Source of the DNA: Mycoplasmatales bacterium
GTDB lineage: Bacteria; Bacillota_I; Bacilli_A; Mycoplasmatales; G965222545
Assembly (NCBI GenBank): GCA_965222545.1
Contig: OZ244954.1
Location: 559,945 to 623,944 of the forward strand
Direction: 5' to 3'
DNA length: 64,000 bases
Shown: positions 12,400 to 23,530 of the stretch, one piece after another
Layout: each line of letters starts with the position of its first letter
Position numbering within the stretch: position 1 is the first letter of the stretch
Notes under the pieces: generated by a model
Told to the model about the DNA's origin: nothing
The model's database searches: none
The model's input: the letters and a program-made list of their open reading frames with translations, nothing else
Made by a program: the position numbers and the translations under genes

Positions 12400-13557
12400 C
12401 TAAACTTTTTCTTTTAATCATTTTTCATATGATATATTACTTTTTTTAATATTATGTTCCTTACATAATAATTGAGCATTTGATAAGATTGTTCTTCCGC
12501 CTTCAGATCAAGGATCTTTATGGTCAAGTTCTAATTCATTATATGAGTCAATTCCACAACCTCTTTCATTACATTTTGATTTTATTTTATACATTGTATC
12601 TTTATGAGATTTAGTAAAAAATCTTTGTGAATGACATTGTAAATTCTTTGTCATCAATCTATCATTAAAAATTTTATGTACGTTAATATTTCATTTTTTT
12701 ATATCATTATCTTCTTTTATACAATTTTCATAATTTTCAATAATTTTTTCTATGTTTCATTTTTTATTAATAATAAATGATGAAAGTTCTAATATTAAAT
12801 CATCTCTGGGATTAGCAATTAACCTTTTTAAGATACCAAATAATTCAATTGTTTTGGCATAAATTTCGCCAGAAAAAAAATCATTATTTCTTTGTTTTTC
12901 TAATGAAGATCTTATTCTTAAACTTTTTGCATCACTCTCTTTTTCCTCTAATAATCCTAAATAACAGTATAAAAAATAAATTGTTTGCTCTCCTCTTCTA
13001 ATTTTTTTTATTCCATCGGTTACTCTTGATTTTTCATTTATATATTTTTCAAAGCCTTTAAATCATTTTCCATAAAATAATCCTCGTAAACATTCATATT
13101 CAATTAATGGAATACTATTTTTATTTATAGTATCGAATGATATTTCTTCATCTTCTCTACATCCTTTTCTTACTGTTACTTCAAACTCATATTCTAGTAA
13201 TTTTTGTTTTTGTGCTTGACTTAATGTAATAAAGGTAAATTCATCACTTTTTATTCTTGTAGTTATAACTATATTCTCTTTATTCGATGGATTACAAAAA
13301 TAATATAATGACAATATTCTCTGTTTTCCGTCATGAATATTATATGTGCCATTTTCATTTTTTCAGAAATAAAGTGCAGGAAGTCTTATCCCATATTCTA
13401 AAATGGATTTTATTACATTGCCGGCCTTCGTAATGCTACCATCATATACCCTTATCTTAGGTAAAATATGATAAATAAAATTCCTTTGTGTTGTATTATC
13501 ATAATATAATTTTCCGGATTCAATTCATTCAAAAATTTCCTTTACTTTAATTTTCAT
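12400..13557 (-). CDS. DUF262 (ParB/GmrSD-N-like, HDGKQR motif) - HNH nuclease fusion (385 aa)
   Basis: ATG at 13557 overlaps the methylase stop (TAATG) and TAG is at 12400. 1158 nt in frame. N-terminal ..YNIHDGKQRILSLYYF.. (DGQQR-type). C-terminal [32 protein letters not shown] (HNH). Confidence 0.75.
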
Positions 13558-14651
13558 TATTTTCTCCTTCTTCTTGCGAGTATACCGTGAAATCTAGGTA
13601 CCATTTTATTTGTAAATTTATGTTTACAAGGATTACGTTCTGGTTTTGTAGTGTTAAAAAATTTTTTATAATTTGTTCCATATCACTCAAAATCATCAGG
13701 ATTAAATTTATCAAATAAGCCGATAGAAGAAAAAAACCAATCATAATAATCATCAGGTAAAATTCCTACGTGTTTTATTCATATTGGATTTGAATTATCT
13801 TTCATAATAATGCTTTTTATTTTTTCATATTCACCAATATAATTTTTAGTTAAAAATCCATTATTATGTTTTTCGTAAACATTTTCATCAAAAGTAGTTA
13901 TTCAATCGCATGCAACTTTTTTCTTTTTTATATTTAATTCCATTTTATTAAGATCTCAATTTTCAAATTCGATACTTTTATGTCTCCCATATCCTAAATA
14001 TAATTCTTTTTTTCATAATTTTAATCCTACGCACGGATTTACCCTATTTATAAAAGCGGTTAGACTTATTAAGTTCACTTTTTCATTTACAACCTTATCT
14101 AAAAAAAGTCTCATTAAGCTAAACGGAGGATTAGTTATTATTAAATCATATTCATCAAAATTATATTTAAATGCGTCTATTCCTCTTCCTATAGCGGAAT
14201 TGTATCCACTAAATGTTCATTTTTTTATTTTTCATTCTGGAGCAAATGTTATAACGGCTTTTAAAAAATTACATCTTGGTCCTGATAATATTTTTCCATT
14301 AATTTCAAATTTATTCTCAGCCTTATTATATTTAAAAATTGCAGACTCATCCATTAATTCTGGTTCATTTTGTAAATTACCTTTATAAAGAAAACATTCA
14401 TCAACACCACCATTTTTATTAAACGTTAATGTTAATCCGTGAATTTCTGGAAATTCATCAAATAAATCTCAATCAAAAGGGCTTAAACCTGAAAAATTAC
14501 AAAAAAGCTCCTTATTATAATTAGATAATTCTTCAGTTATTGTTTGTAATGATGTATAAAACTCATCATTTTTTTTTGTTCCAAGGGGGGTAGTTTGACC
14601 ACTTTTATATTTTATTTTATTAATAATTTTAGTTTGTTTATTGTTAGCCAT
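13557..14651 (-). CDS. N6-adenine DNA methyltransferase, EcoRI-methylase-like family (364 aa)
   Basis: ATG at 14651 and TAA at 13557-13559, 1095 nt in frame. N-terminal KKNDEFYT. Catalytic motif DLIITNPPFSLMRLFL followed by ..LYLGYG. The ORF-track start at 14702 is rejected. Confidence 0.8.
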
Positions 14652-14660
14652 TATTTTATA

Positions 14661-14666
14661 ATTATA
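14661..14666 (-). promoter_or_regulatory. candidate -10 box (TATAAT) for the methyltransferase, ~10 nt upstream of ATG
   Basis: TATAAT on the minus strand. The same sequence is carried into the duplicated chimera (~18148). Confidence 0.3.
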
Positions 14667-14687
14667 TAATAAATTACTATATAAATT

Positions 14688-14713
14688 AAAAAAATCAACC
14701 AATGAATGGTTGA
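14688..14713 (-). terminator. rho-independent terminator hairpin (tcaacca-N5-tggttga plus T-run on minus strand)
   Basis: Perfect 7-bp stem at 14695-14701/14707-14713, followed on the minus strand by a T7 run. It lies downstream of the gene ending at 14742. Related hairpins occur at ~16021-16045, ~18182-18200 and ~19510-19535. Confidence 0.6.
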
Positions 14714-14741
14714 ATTTATTTAAATACTTTGATTTAAATTA

Positions 14742-15932
14742 TTAAACTAATTTAAAATTTTGTAAATAACTATAAAATTTATCATTTCCGATTTGTTGTA
14801 TGCTTGGCAATAAACCGTTGTGGAAATTAGTTCCAAAATTATTAAATGATGTTTTTAGATTATCATAGCTTATTACTCCTTCTATATGTCATCCAGCATG
14901 AATTACGTTTACACCAATTTGTGCAAATTGATTAATAATTATTTTAATTGGATTATTTTGATCAGTAAAAATACTTACTACATCTTTTATTAACGATACC
15001 ATTAGACCATCAACAGTTGGCATAAATTGTTTATTTATTACAGTAAAGATTATTTTTCTTTCAATAGTTGCAGGAATTCCTTGAGTTGATCTAAGTCCTT
15101 GAACATTTTTTAAATTAGCAACTGCATTTTTCCCAATATGGGGAATTTCAAAATTATTTAAAATAGTACTGAAATTTTTAACTTGAGTATCAATTGTTGC
15201 TTTAATTACATTAAATTGACCTTCACAGTGGTTTTGAATTGCATCAATCATTTGGTTTCTATTAACAAGTGGATTAAATACACCTATTGAGTTACTAATC
15301 ATTTCTGTAACTTGATGCTTTATTTTAAATTTTAGTCCATATCCATAATCTTCAAATTGATGAATAATTTTAGTTTTCGCGGGGTTTAAAAAGTCAGTGT
15401 TTAAAAAGTCAATTAAACCATTTATTCCTCTAATATTTAATATATCTATAAATTGTTCAGGTGTTAATTTATTGTGAGTTCCTGTTCCAAAACTAGTTAA
15501 TATGCTTACAAGCTTATTAACTAACTCTGTTTGTTCTTTTGCTATATCAGCAATTATTTTTACAAAATCGTCTGTTATTGTCTTATTAATTCCGTTTTGT
15601 AAAGTTTTAGGGAATGCTTTTTTAAAATCATTTTGAAAAGGTGTTTTAATAGCATTTAATGTGTTTGAAATACTTTTCAAAACTGGAACAGTAAAGTTAT
15701 TATTTAAATAATCACTAAATATTTTCCCATTTTCATTTAATCATTCAGGAAGTGTATTACCATCATCACCAAGATTATTATTTTTACTACCTAAATTATT
15801 AGTAATATTTGGAGTAAGTTGACTTGATTTTGAAGCCTGAGTCTTTAATATTGCAACGCTTGATGATGTTAAAATTAAACCACCCATTAGCAAGCTTATC
15901 AATATGTTTTTTTTAGTTTTTATGTTTTTCAT
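14742..15932 (-). CDS. secreted/anchored hypothetical protein, family P2, copy A (396 aa)
   Basis: ORFs 15741-15932 and 14889-15680 join in frame through TGA, and the gene continues past TGA at 14889 to TAA at 14742. N-terminal anchor MKNIKTKKNILISLLMGGLILTSSSVAIL. Core LTSFGTG..LTPEQFI..G.NGLID is shared with family P1. Confidence 0.75.
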
Positions 15933-16066
15933 TTTTTATTTTCCTTTTGTTTATATATATTTATTGTACCATAATAATTAAATATTCCAAATATTATAAT
16001 TTTAAATATAAAATAAAAAATTCAACCAATGAATAGTTGAATTTATTTTAATATACTTAATTTAAA

Positions 16067-17209
16067 TTAATAAGTTAATTTATAGTTTAATAGCTCATTA
16101 TAAAAACCATTATTTTCAATTTTTTTTATGTCTGCTAATAAACCATTACGAAATGAGTTTTCAAAATTAGTAAATGAATCTAATAAATCATTATATTTTA
16201 TAGTAATTCCAGGTGCATGATATCCAACACTTAAAGCATGTATACCAATTCTTGCTAACTGATCAAAAACTGATTCAACTGAATCTTCATGTGTTTTAAA
16301 AACACTTGTTACTTTACCTAATATAGATACCATTGAACGATCAATAGTTGGCATAAATACCTGATTCATTATGTTAAAGACTATTTTTCTTTTAATCATT
16401 CAAGCGCTTTCTTCAGGTTTTCTTTGGTTTTGAAGTTTTATTAAATTAATATTTACTTTTTTATTAGTATGAGGAATTTTAAAATCATATAAAACAAGTT
16501 TAAAGTTTTCTACTTGATAAGAAATTATTTTATAAATTTGACTATATTCACTATCTGATTGATTTTTAACAACATTAATCATTTTCTATTTATTAACATA
16601 CGGAATATTATTTGGAATTGATTCTCCAACTAGTTTTAACATTTCAGCTTTTATATATGATGTAATTTGATCAGCAAAATTTTCAAATTCATGAAGTAAT
16701 TTAATTTTTGCTGGTATTATACATTTATTATTTACAATATCAATTAAAGCATTTACTCCTTTTGTTTCATAAATATTAATGAATTCATCAGGTGTTATAT
16801 TATTATGGCCTTTACCTGTTCCAAAACTAGTTAATAAAGTTTTAAGTTTTTCAACTACTACCATTTGCTCTTTTGCTATTTTATCAAATACTTTTATATA
16901 TAAACGTGGTACTACAGAATCAATTTTTCCTCTTATAGCTTCAGGAAATGCATTTCTAAAATTATTATAAAATGGTACCTTAATGTTATTTAATGTACTA
17001 TCAATACCTTCACACATTGGATTAACAAAGTGACGAGTTATATGATTAGCAAGTCTTCCTCCGTTATCGTTCAATCATGCAGAAAGCGGATTACCACTTT
17101 CACTTGTTAAATTGCTAATAAAAACATTTGTAGTAGTTAGTTTTCTACTTCGAACTGCTTTAGTACTTAATATTGCTACACCTGATGTTGTTAAAATTAC
17201 ACCCGCCAT
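16067..17209 (-). pseudogene. family P1 paralogue, copy A, interrupted by in-frame TAG
   Basis: ATG at 17209 and TAA at 16067, 1143 nt. TAG at 16586-16588 where copy B has CAG (20076-20078). TGA at 16400 is read as Trp. Confidence 0.65.
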
Positions 17210-17360
17210 TGCTATACTTATTATTTTATTTTTTTTACCTTTATATAATTATAATATATTATAAATATTTAATTTAAATATATAAATAAATATAATATTA
17301 ATTTTTAGAAATATCTATTTTTTATTATCATTATCTTTGTTTTCTAATTCATCATTGCTA

Positions 17361-18138
17361 TCAGTATGCCTTTTTTTTAGCTACCTCTCCGGCTGCTGTT
17401 TCTTTAGCAATAACCTCTTTATTTAGATCAGCTTTATTCTTTTCGTCGACATCATGTTGTTTTTGAGCTTTTAACTTAATATCCTCTTTAGTTTCTTTGT
17501 TTAAGCCATAATTCAACAGTTCTGTTGGTTTATTAGCTTTTTGTTTCTTGATGGCTTGATATATTACCACTAGTCCTTTTTTCGCTCCGGGTATTGCACC
17601 TTTTACTAATACATAATTACTATCTACATCGATGTTGATAATTTCCAAATTTTGAATTGTCACTAGATTAGTTCCCATTCTACCTGGCATTTTTTTGTGT
17701 TTAAAAATTCTATTTTGAGTTATTGGTCCCATTGAACCAACCCCGTGGTGATAACCGGAACCATGACCTTTTGGTCCAATTTTATGTCCATATCTTTTAA
17801 TAACACCTGCGAACCCTTCCCCCTTAGTAATTCCTGTTACATCAACAAATTCTCCAACTTTAAAAATATCACTGCAACTAATTTTACTACCAAGATCGTG
17901 CCCAGTCATTCCTTTAATTTCTTTTGTATACTTAAATACATCAGAATTAGCTTTTTTAAAATGGCCAATTTGTGGTTTTATTGCTCTTTGTTTTTTAACA
18001 GGAGATATTGATAATTGTAATGCGTCATAGTTATCTTTACTATCAAACTCATCATTTTTTTTGTTCCAAAGGGGGGGTAGTTTGACCACTTTTATATTTT
18101 ATTTTATTAATAATTTTAGTTTGTTTATTGTTAGTCAT
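17361..18138 (-). pseudogene. chimeric gene: methyltransferase promoter plus first 31 codons fused to rplC lacking its first ~41 codons
   Basis: 18045-18138 matches 14559-14651 (methylase 5' end). 17361-18044 matches rplC 20804-21532. The junction ..NDEF|DSKDNYDALQ is in frame codon-to-codon, but C7/T3/A8 here versus C6/T2/A9 in the methylase puts the ATG (18138) out of frame. A T8 versus T7 run (17371-17378) changes the C-terminal tail. Confidence 0.75.
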
Positions 18139-18228
18139 TATTTTATAATTATATAATAAATTACTATATAAATTAAAAAAATCAACCAATAAATGGTTGA
18201 ATTTATTTAAATACTTTGATTTAAATTA

Positions 18229-19422
18229 TTAAACTAATTTAAAATTTTGTAAATAACTATAAAATTTATCATTTCCAATTTCTTGTATTTTTGGCAGTAA
18301 AATGTTGTGGAAATTAGTTCCAAAATGATTAAATGATATTTTTAAATTATCATAGTTTATTGCGCTTACTGGTAGAGTTCATCCAGCTTTAATTACGTTT
18401 ACACCAATTTGAGCAAATTGATTAATAATTATTTTAATTGGATTATTTTGATCAGTAAAAATACTTACTACATCTTTTATTAACGATACCATTAGACCAT
18501 CAACAGTTGGCATAAATTGTTTATTTATTACAGTAAAGATTATTTTTCTTTCAATAGTTGCAGGAATTCCTTGAGTTGATCTAAGTCCTTGAACATTTTT
18601 TAAATTAGCAACTGCATTTTTCCCAATATGGGGAATTTCAAAATTATTTAAAATAGTACTGAAATTTTTAACTTGAGTATCAATTGTTGCTTTAATTACA
18701 TTAAATTGATCTTCACAGTGGTTTTGAATTGCATCAATCATTTTGTTTCTATTAACAACTGGATTAAATTCACCTATTGAATTACTAATCATTTCTGTAA
18801 CTTGATGCTTTATTTTAAATTTTAGTCCATATCCATAATCTTCAAATTGATGAATAATTTTAGTTTTCGCGGGGTTTAAAAAGTCAGTGTTTAAAAAGTC
18901 AATTAAACCATTTATTCCTCTAATATTTAATATATCTATAAATTGTTCAGGTGTTAATTTATTGTGAGTTCCTGTTCCAAAACTAGTTAATGTACTTACA
19001 AGCTTATTAACTAACTCTGTTTGTTCTTTTGCTATATCAGCAATTATTTTTACAAAATCATTTGTTATTGTCCTATTAGCTCCGTCTTGTAAAGCTTTAG
19101 GGAATGCTTTTTTAAAATCATTTTGAAAAGGTGTTTTAATAGCATTTAATGTGTTTGAAATACTTTTCAAAACTGGAACAGTAAAGTTATTATTTAAATA
19201 ATCACTAAATATTTTCCCATTTTCATTTAATCATTCAGGAAGTGTATTACCATCATCACCAAGATTATTATTTTTACTACCTAAATTATTAGTAATATTT
19301 GGAGTAAGTTGACTTGATTTTGAAGCCTGAGTCTTTAATATTGCAACGCTTGATGATGTTAAAATTAAACCACCCATTAGCAAGCTTATCAATATGTTTT
19401 TTTTAGTTTTTATGTTTTTCAT
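18229..19422 (-). CDS. secreted/anchored hypothetical protein, family P2, copy B (397 aa)
   Basis: Same as copy A at +3490 bp, 1194 nt in frame. The signal segment is identical (ORFs 15741-15932 = 19231-19422). Confidence 0.75.
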
Positions 19423-19556
19423 TTTTTATTTTCCTTTTGTTTATATATATTCATTATACCATAATAATTAAATATTCCAAATATTATAATTTTAAATATA
19501 AAATAAAAAATTCAACCAATGAATAGTTGAATTTATTTTAATATACTTAATTTAAA

Positions 19557-20698
19557 TTAATAAGTTAATTTATAGTTTAATAGCTCATTATAAAAACCAT
19601 TATTTTCAATTTTTTTTATGTCTGCTAATAAACCATTACGAAATGAGTTTTCAAAATTAGTAAATGAATCTAATAAATCATTATATTTTATAGTAATTCC
19701 AGGTGCATGATATCCAACACTTAAAGCATGTATACCAATTCTTGCTAACTGATCAAAAACTGATTCAACTGAATCTTCATGTGTTTTAAAAACACTTGTT
19801 ACTTTACCTAATATAGATACCATTGAACGATCAATAGTTGGCATAAATACCTGATTCATTATGTTAAAGACTATTTTTCTTTTAATCATTCAAGCGCTTT
19901 CTTCAGGTTTTCTTTGGTGTTGAAGATTTATTAAATTAATATTTACTTTTTTATTAGTATGAAGAATTTTAAAATCATATAAAACAAGTTTAAAGTTTTC
20001 TACTTGATAAGAAATTACTTTATAAATTTGACTATATTCACTATCTGATTGATTTTTAACAACATTAATCATTTCCTGTTTATTAACATACGGAATATTA
20101 TTTGGAATTGATTCTTCGACTAGTTTTAACATTTCAGCTTTTATATATGATGTAATTTGATCAGCAAAATTTTCAAATTCATGAAGTAATTTAAGTTTTG
20201 CTGGTATTATATATTCATTGTTTATAACATCAATTAAGGCGTTTACTCCTTTTGTTTCAAAAATATTAATAAATCGATCAGGTGATATATTATTATGGCC
20301 TTTACCTGTTCCAAAACTAGTTAATAAAGTTTTAAGTTTTTCAACTACTACCATTTGCTCTTTTGCTATTTTATCAACTACTTTTATATATAAACGTGGC
20401 ACTGAAGAATCAATTTTCCTCTTATAGCTTCAGGAAATGCATTTCTAAAATCATTATAAAACGGTACCTTAATGTTATTTAATGTACTATCAATACCTTC
20501 ACACATTGGATTAACAAAGTGACGAGTTATATGATTAGCAAGTCTTCCTCCGTTATCGTTCAATCATGCAGAAAGCGGATTACCACTTTCACTTGTTAAA
20601 TTACTAATAAAAACATTTGTAGTAGTTAGTTTTCTACTTTGAACTGCTTTAGTACTTAATATTGTAACACCTGATGTTGTTAAAATTACACCCGCCAT
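19557..20698 (-). pseudogene. family P1 paralogue, copy B, frameshifted
   Basis: 1142 nt from ATG 20698 to TAA 19557, not divisible by 3. T4 at 20414-20417 where copy A has T5 (16924-16928). The N-terminal ~95 codons are out of frame with the rest. Confidence 0.65.
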
Positions 20699-20803
20699 TG
20701 CTATACTTATTATTTTATTTTTTTTATCTTTATATAATTATAATATATTATAAATATTTAATTTAAATATATAAATAAATATAATATTAATTTTTAGAAA
20801 TAT

Positions 20804-21652
20804 CTATTTTTTATTATCATTATCTTTGTTTTCTAATTCATCATTGCTATCAGTATGCCTTTTTTTAGCTACCTCTCCGGCTGCTGTTTCTTTAGCAATA
20901 ACCTCTTTATTTAGATCAGCTTTATTCTTTTCGTCGACATCATGTTGTTTTTGAGCTTTTAACTTAATATCCTCTTTAGTTTCTTTGTTTAAGCCATAAT
21001 TGAACAGTTCTGTTGGTTTATTAGCTTTTTGTTTCTTGATGGCTTGATATATTACCACTAGTCCTTTTTTCGCTCCGGGTATTGCACCTTTTACTAATAC
21101 ATAATTACTATCTACATCGATGCTGATAATTTCCAAATTTTGAATTGTCACTAGATTAGTTCCCATTCTACCTGGCATTTTTTTGTGTTTAAAAATTCTA
21201 TTTTGAGTTATTGGTCCCATTGAACCAACCCCGCGGTGATAACCGGAACCATGACCTTTTGGTCCAATTTTATGTCCATATCTTTTAATAACACCTGCGA
21301 ACCCTTTCCCCTTAGTAATTCCTGTTACATCAACAAATTCTCCAACTTTAAAAATATCACTGCAACTAATTTTACTACCAAGATTGTGCCCAGTCATTCC
21401 TTTAATTTCTTTTGTATACTTAAATACATCAGAATTAGCTTTTTTAAAATGGCCAATTTGTGGTTTTATTGCTCTTTGTTTTTTAACAGGAGATATTGAT
21501 AATTGTAATGCGTCATAGTTATCTTTGCTATCTTTAGTTTTAACTTGAGTAACTGTATTAGGTGTAACTTTTATTATAGTAACCGGTATTGCTTTACCGT
21601 TAATATTAAAAACCTTTGTTTGATTATCTTTTATTCCAATTAAACCATTCAT
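20804..21652 (-). CDS. rplC: 50S ribosomal protein L3 with Lys/Glu-rich C-terminal extension (282 aa)
   Basis: MNGLIGIKDNQTKVFN..GKGFAGVIKRYGH..GSMGPITQNRIFKHKKMPGRMG. Immediately follows rpsJ. Confidence 0.95.
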   Translation of the reverse strand: MNGLIGIKDNQTKVFNINGKAIPVTIIKVTPNTVTQVKTKDSKDNYDALQLSISPVKKQRAIKPQIGHFKKANSDVFKYTKEIKGMTGHNLGSKISCSDIFKVGEFVDVTGITKGKGFAGVIKRYGHKIGPKGHGSGYHRGVGSMGPITQNRIFKHKKMPGRMGTNLVTIQNLEIISIDVDSNYVLVKGAIPGAKKGLVVIYQAIKKQKANKPTELFNYGLNKETKEDIKLKAQKQHDVDEKNKADLNKEVIAKETAAGEVAKKRHTDSNDELENKDNDNKK

Positions 21653-21660
21653 ATTTTTCC

Positions 21661-21975
21661 TTAATTAATTTCAACACTTACACCAGCTGATAAAACTAAC
21701 TGAGATAATTCACTTAATAATGGTTTATTAGCGTTATCAACAACTATTAATCTTTTGTAGGTTCTACGTTCAAATTGTTCTCTACTATCTTTAAATTTAT
21801 GTGTTGCCCTTAAAACTGTAAATTTTTCTGTTTTAACTGGCAAGGGAATTGGTCCTCTTACTTTGGCACCATTTGATTTAATTATTTCAATAATTTTTTT
21901 AGCATTTCTGTCAATTATTTTACTATCAAAGCTGGTTAGCCTTATTTTTACAATTTTATTATTAATTTTACTCAC
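21661..21975 (-). CDS. rpsJ: 30S ribosomal protein S10 (104 aa), GTG start
   Basis: KIRLTSFDSKIIDRNAKKII..GPIPLPVKTEKFTVLRATHKFKDSREQFERRTYKRLI. Confidence 0.95.
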   Translation of the reverse strand: MSKINNKIVKIRLTSFDSKIIDRNAKKIIEIIKSNGAKVRGPIPLPVKTEKFTVLRATHKFKDSREQFERRTYKRLIVVDNANKPLLSELSQLVLSAGVSVEIN

Positions 21976-22075
21976 AGTATAATACTTTATTTTCTATCGT
22001 TATATTTTATATAAAATATAGACAAATCTATTATACATAGTTTTCTGAAAATTTTAATATTTATTTATTAACAGA

Positions 22076-23503
22076 TTAAATTCAATATCCTCTAGTTTTA
22101 AAACCAAGTGGCCCATCATATCAAAAGTTATTAAATTCATTAGAATAATTACTTTTGTTTTTATCATCCTTATCTATGTAAAATAGTTGTGAATTCTGTT
22201 CAATCATTCCCCTTAACGTATGAGAGACTGTGTATAAATTGTTTGATGAAACTGTTTGGTTCAAAGCAAGAGAGTATTTTGAATTTTTTTCTACTTCTTC
22301 TTTACAAGCCTTCTCTTCTCAATCTTTATAAATATTAATTTTAACATAAAATATTGCTTCATTTATTATTGGATTTGGAGGTAAAACGCAATTAGTAAAA
22401 TAATAAGAAAATAATTGACAGGAACTTTTTAAAATCTTTTTTTGTTTATCTACATTAAATATTACAGGATGTGAAATCATAAATGCTATTTGATCATTTA
22501 TTACATAATTAATTCCATCTAAAATTACATTACTTGAATAAAGGTCTCAAATATGGTTAACAAATATTTTAAATAACGGACCATAAAAATCAAAAGCTTT
22601 TTTAACTTGTCCATCTTTTGATTTGTTAACTGTAATGCCTTCTTTTTTATAATTTTCAAATAAATTTATTGGAGCGAAAGCAGCTGGTCTCATTAATGAT
22701 TCACCAATTGTAATTACAATTCTATTATATAAACTAATGATTAGATTTTTTTGTGTAACTACTCCAGAAGCAGCAACATCAACTAATGAATTTTTCATAT
22801 ATTTAACTAAATTATGAATATCAGTACTTTTTTCAGTATCAATACCATTATATGTTGAAAAACTTACTTCTGAACCAATCCCTTCTACAAAAAATTGTTT
22901 AATTGATTGAGCAAAAGATACAGAAAAATCAGTTAAAGCATTTGTATAATTATCGTCTGTTCCTGATCTATCTATTTTGCCGTTTTCATCTTTGTCTATT
23001 GTTGCCATATTTAAATATGTGTTAATTGTTTTAATTGATGTTGGAATAAAATTATTTGCTATTATCTTAATAGGAGTATAAGAAGTAAGATTTGCATCTA
23101 AAATTCTCTGCCTAATATTTTCAAGAACTGGAATTTCTCCTCTAAACTGTTGAAATAAAATATTTTGTAAATCAATTCTAGCTTCTCAAAAATCTTTTGT
23201 TTTGCCACTTTTTAAATTATTTTTAGAAACTTTAAAAAATGCTTTAGCATTTGCACTTAATTTATTAATTCTTTCTATATCCTTAGAAATTCCAGGATCA
23301 AAATTTTGTCCTTTTACATATGGATTTCTATTTGCAACAGCATAAGCAGTTGTAAATTGTTCTTGACTATAATTAAAAAATGAAAATAAATTATAAACTA
23401 AAGTTCCAGCTACCGAAAAGGCAATTATAACTATTGCAATAAAAATATAAGTAATTCTTTTCCCTATTTTATGTTTTTTTATTTTTTTTACTCGTAATTC
23501 CAT
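22076..23503 (-). CDS. N-terminally membrane-anchored hypothetical protein (475 aa)
   Basis: ORFs 23186-23503 and 22547-23008 join in frame through TGA and continue to TAA at 22076. 1428 nt. TM segment ITYIFIAIVIIAFSVAGTLVYNLF. Confidence 0.6.
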
Positions 23504-23530
23504 TTATTTATCTATCATTATTATACTAAA

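Larger units (their letters stand above)
14559..21532. repeat. direct tandem duplication, two units of ~3.49 kb (14559-18044 and 18045-21532)
   Basis: ORF pairs lie at constant offset 3490 (14889/18379, 15741/19231, 16067/19557). The junction at 18044|18045 joins rplC-internal sequence to methylase-internal sequence. Confidence 0.9.

Noticed and set aside
13547-13753. 68-aa ORF MIIMIGFFLL.. at the methylase 3' end
   Set aside because: It is in the wrong frame. The methylase frame reads ..DDYYDWFFSSIGLFDKFNPDDFEWYGTNYKKFF..RRRRK to TAA at 13557 and is continuous with the upstream NPPF-containing frame.
14652-14702. N-terminal extension of the methyltransferase (ORF-track start at 14702, MVDFFNLYSNLLYNYKI..)
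   Set aside because: The extension overlaps the terminator hairpin and the TATAAT box. The ATG at 14651 (MANNKQ..) is the start retained in the duplicated copy and gives a sensible N-terminus.
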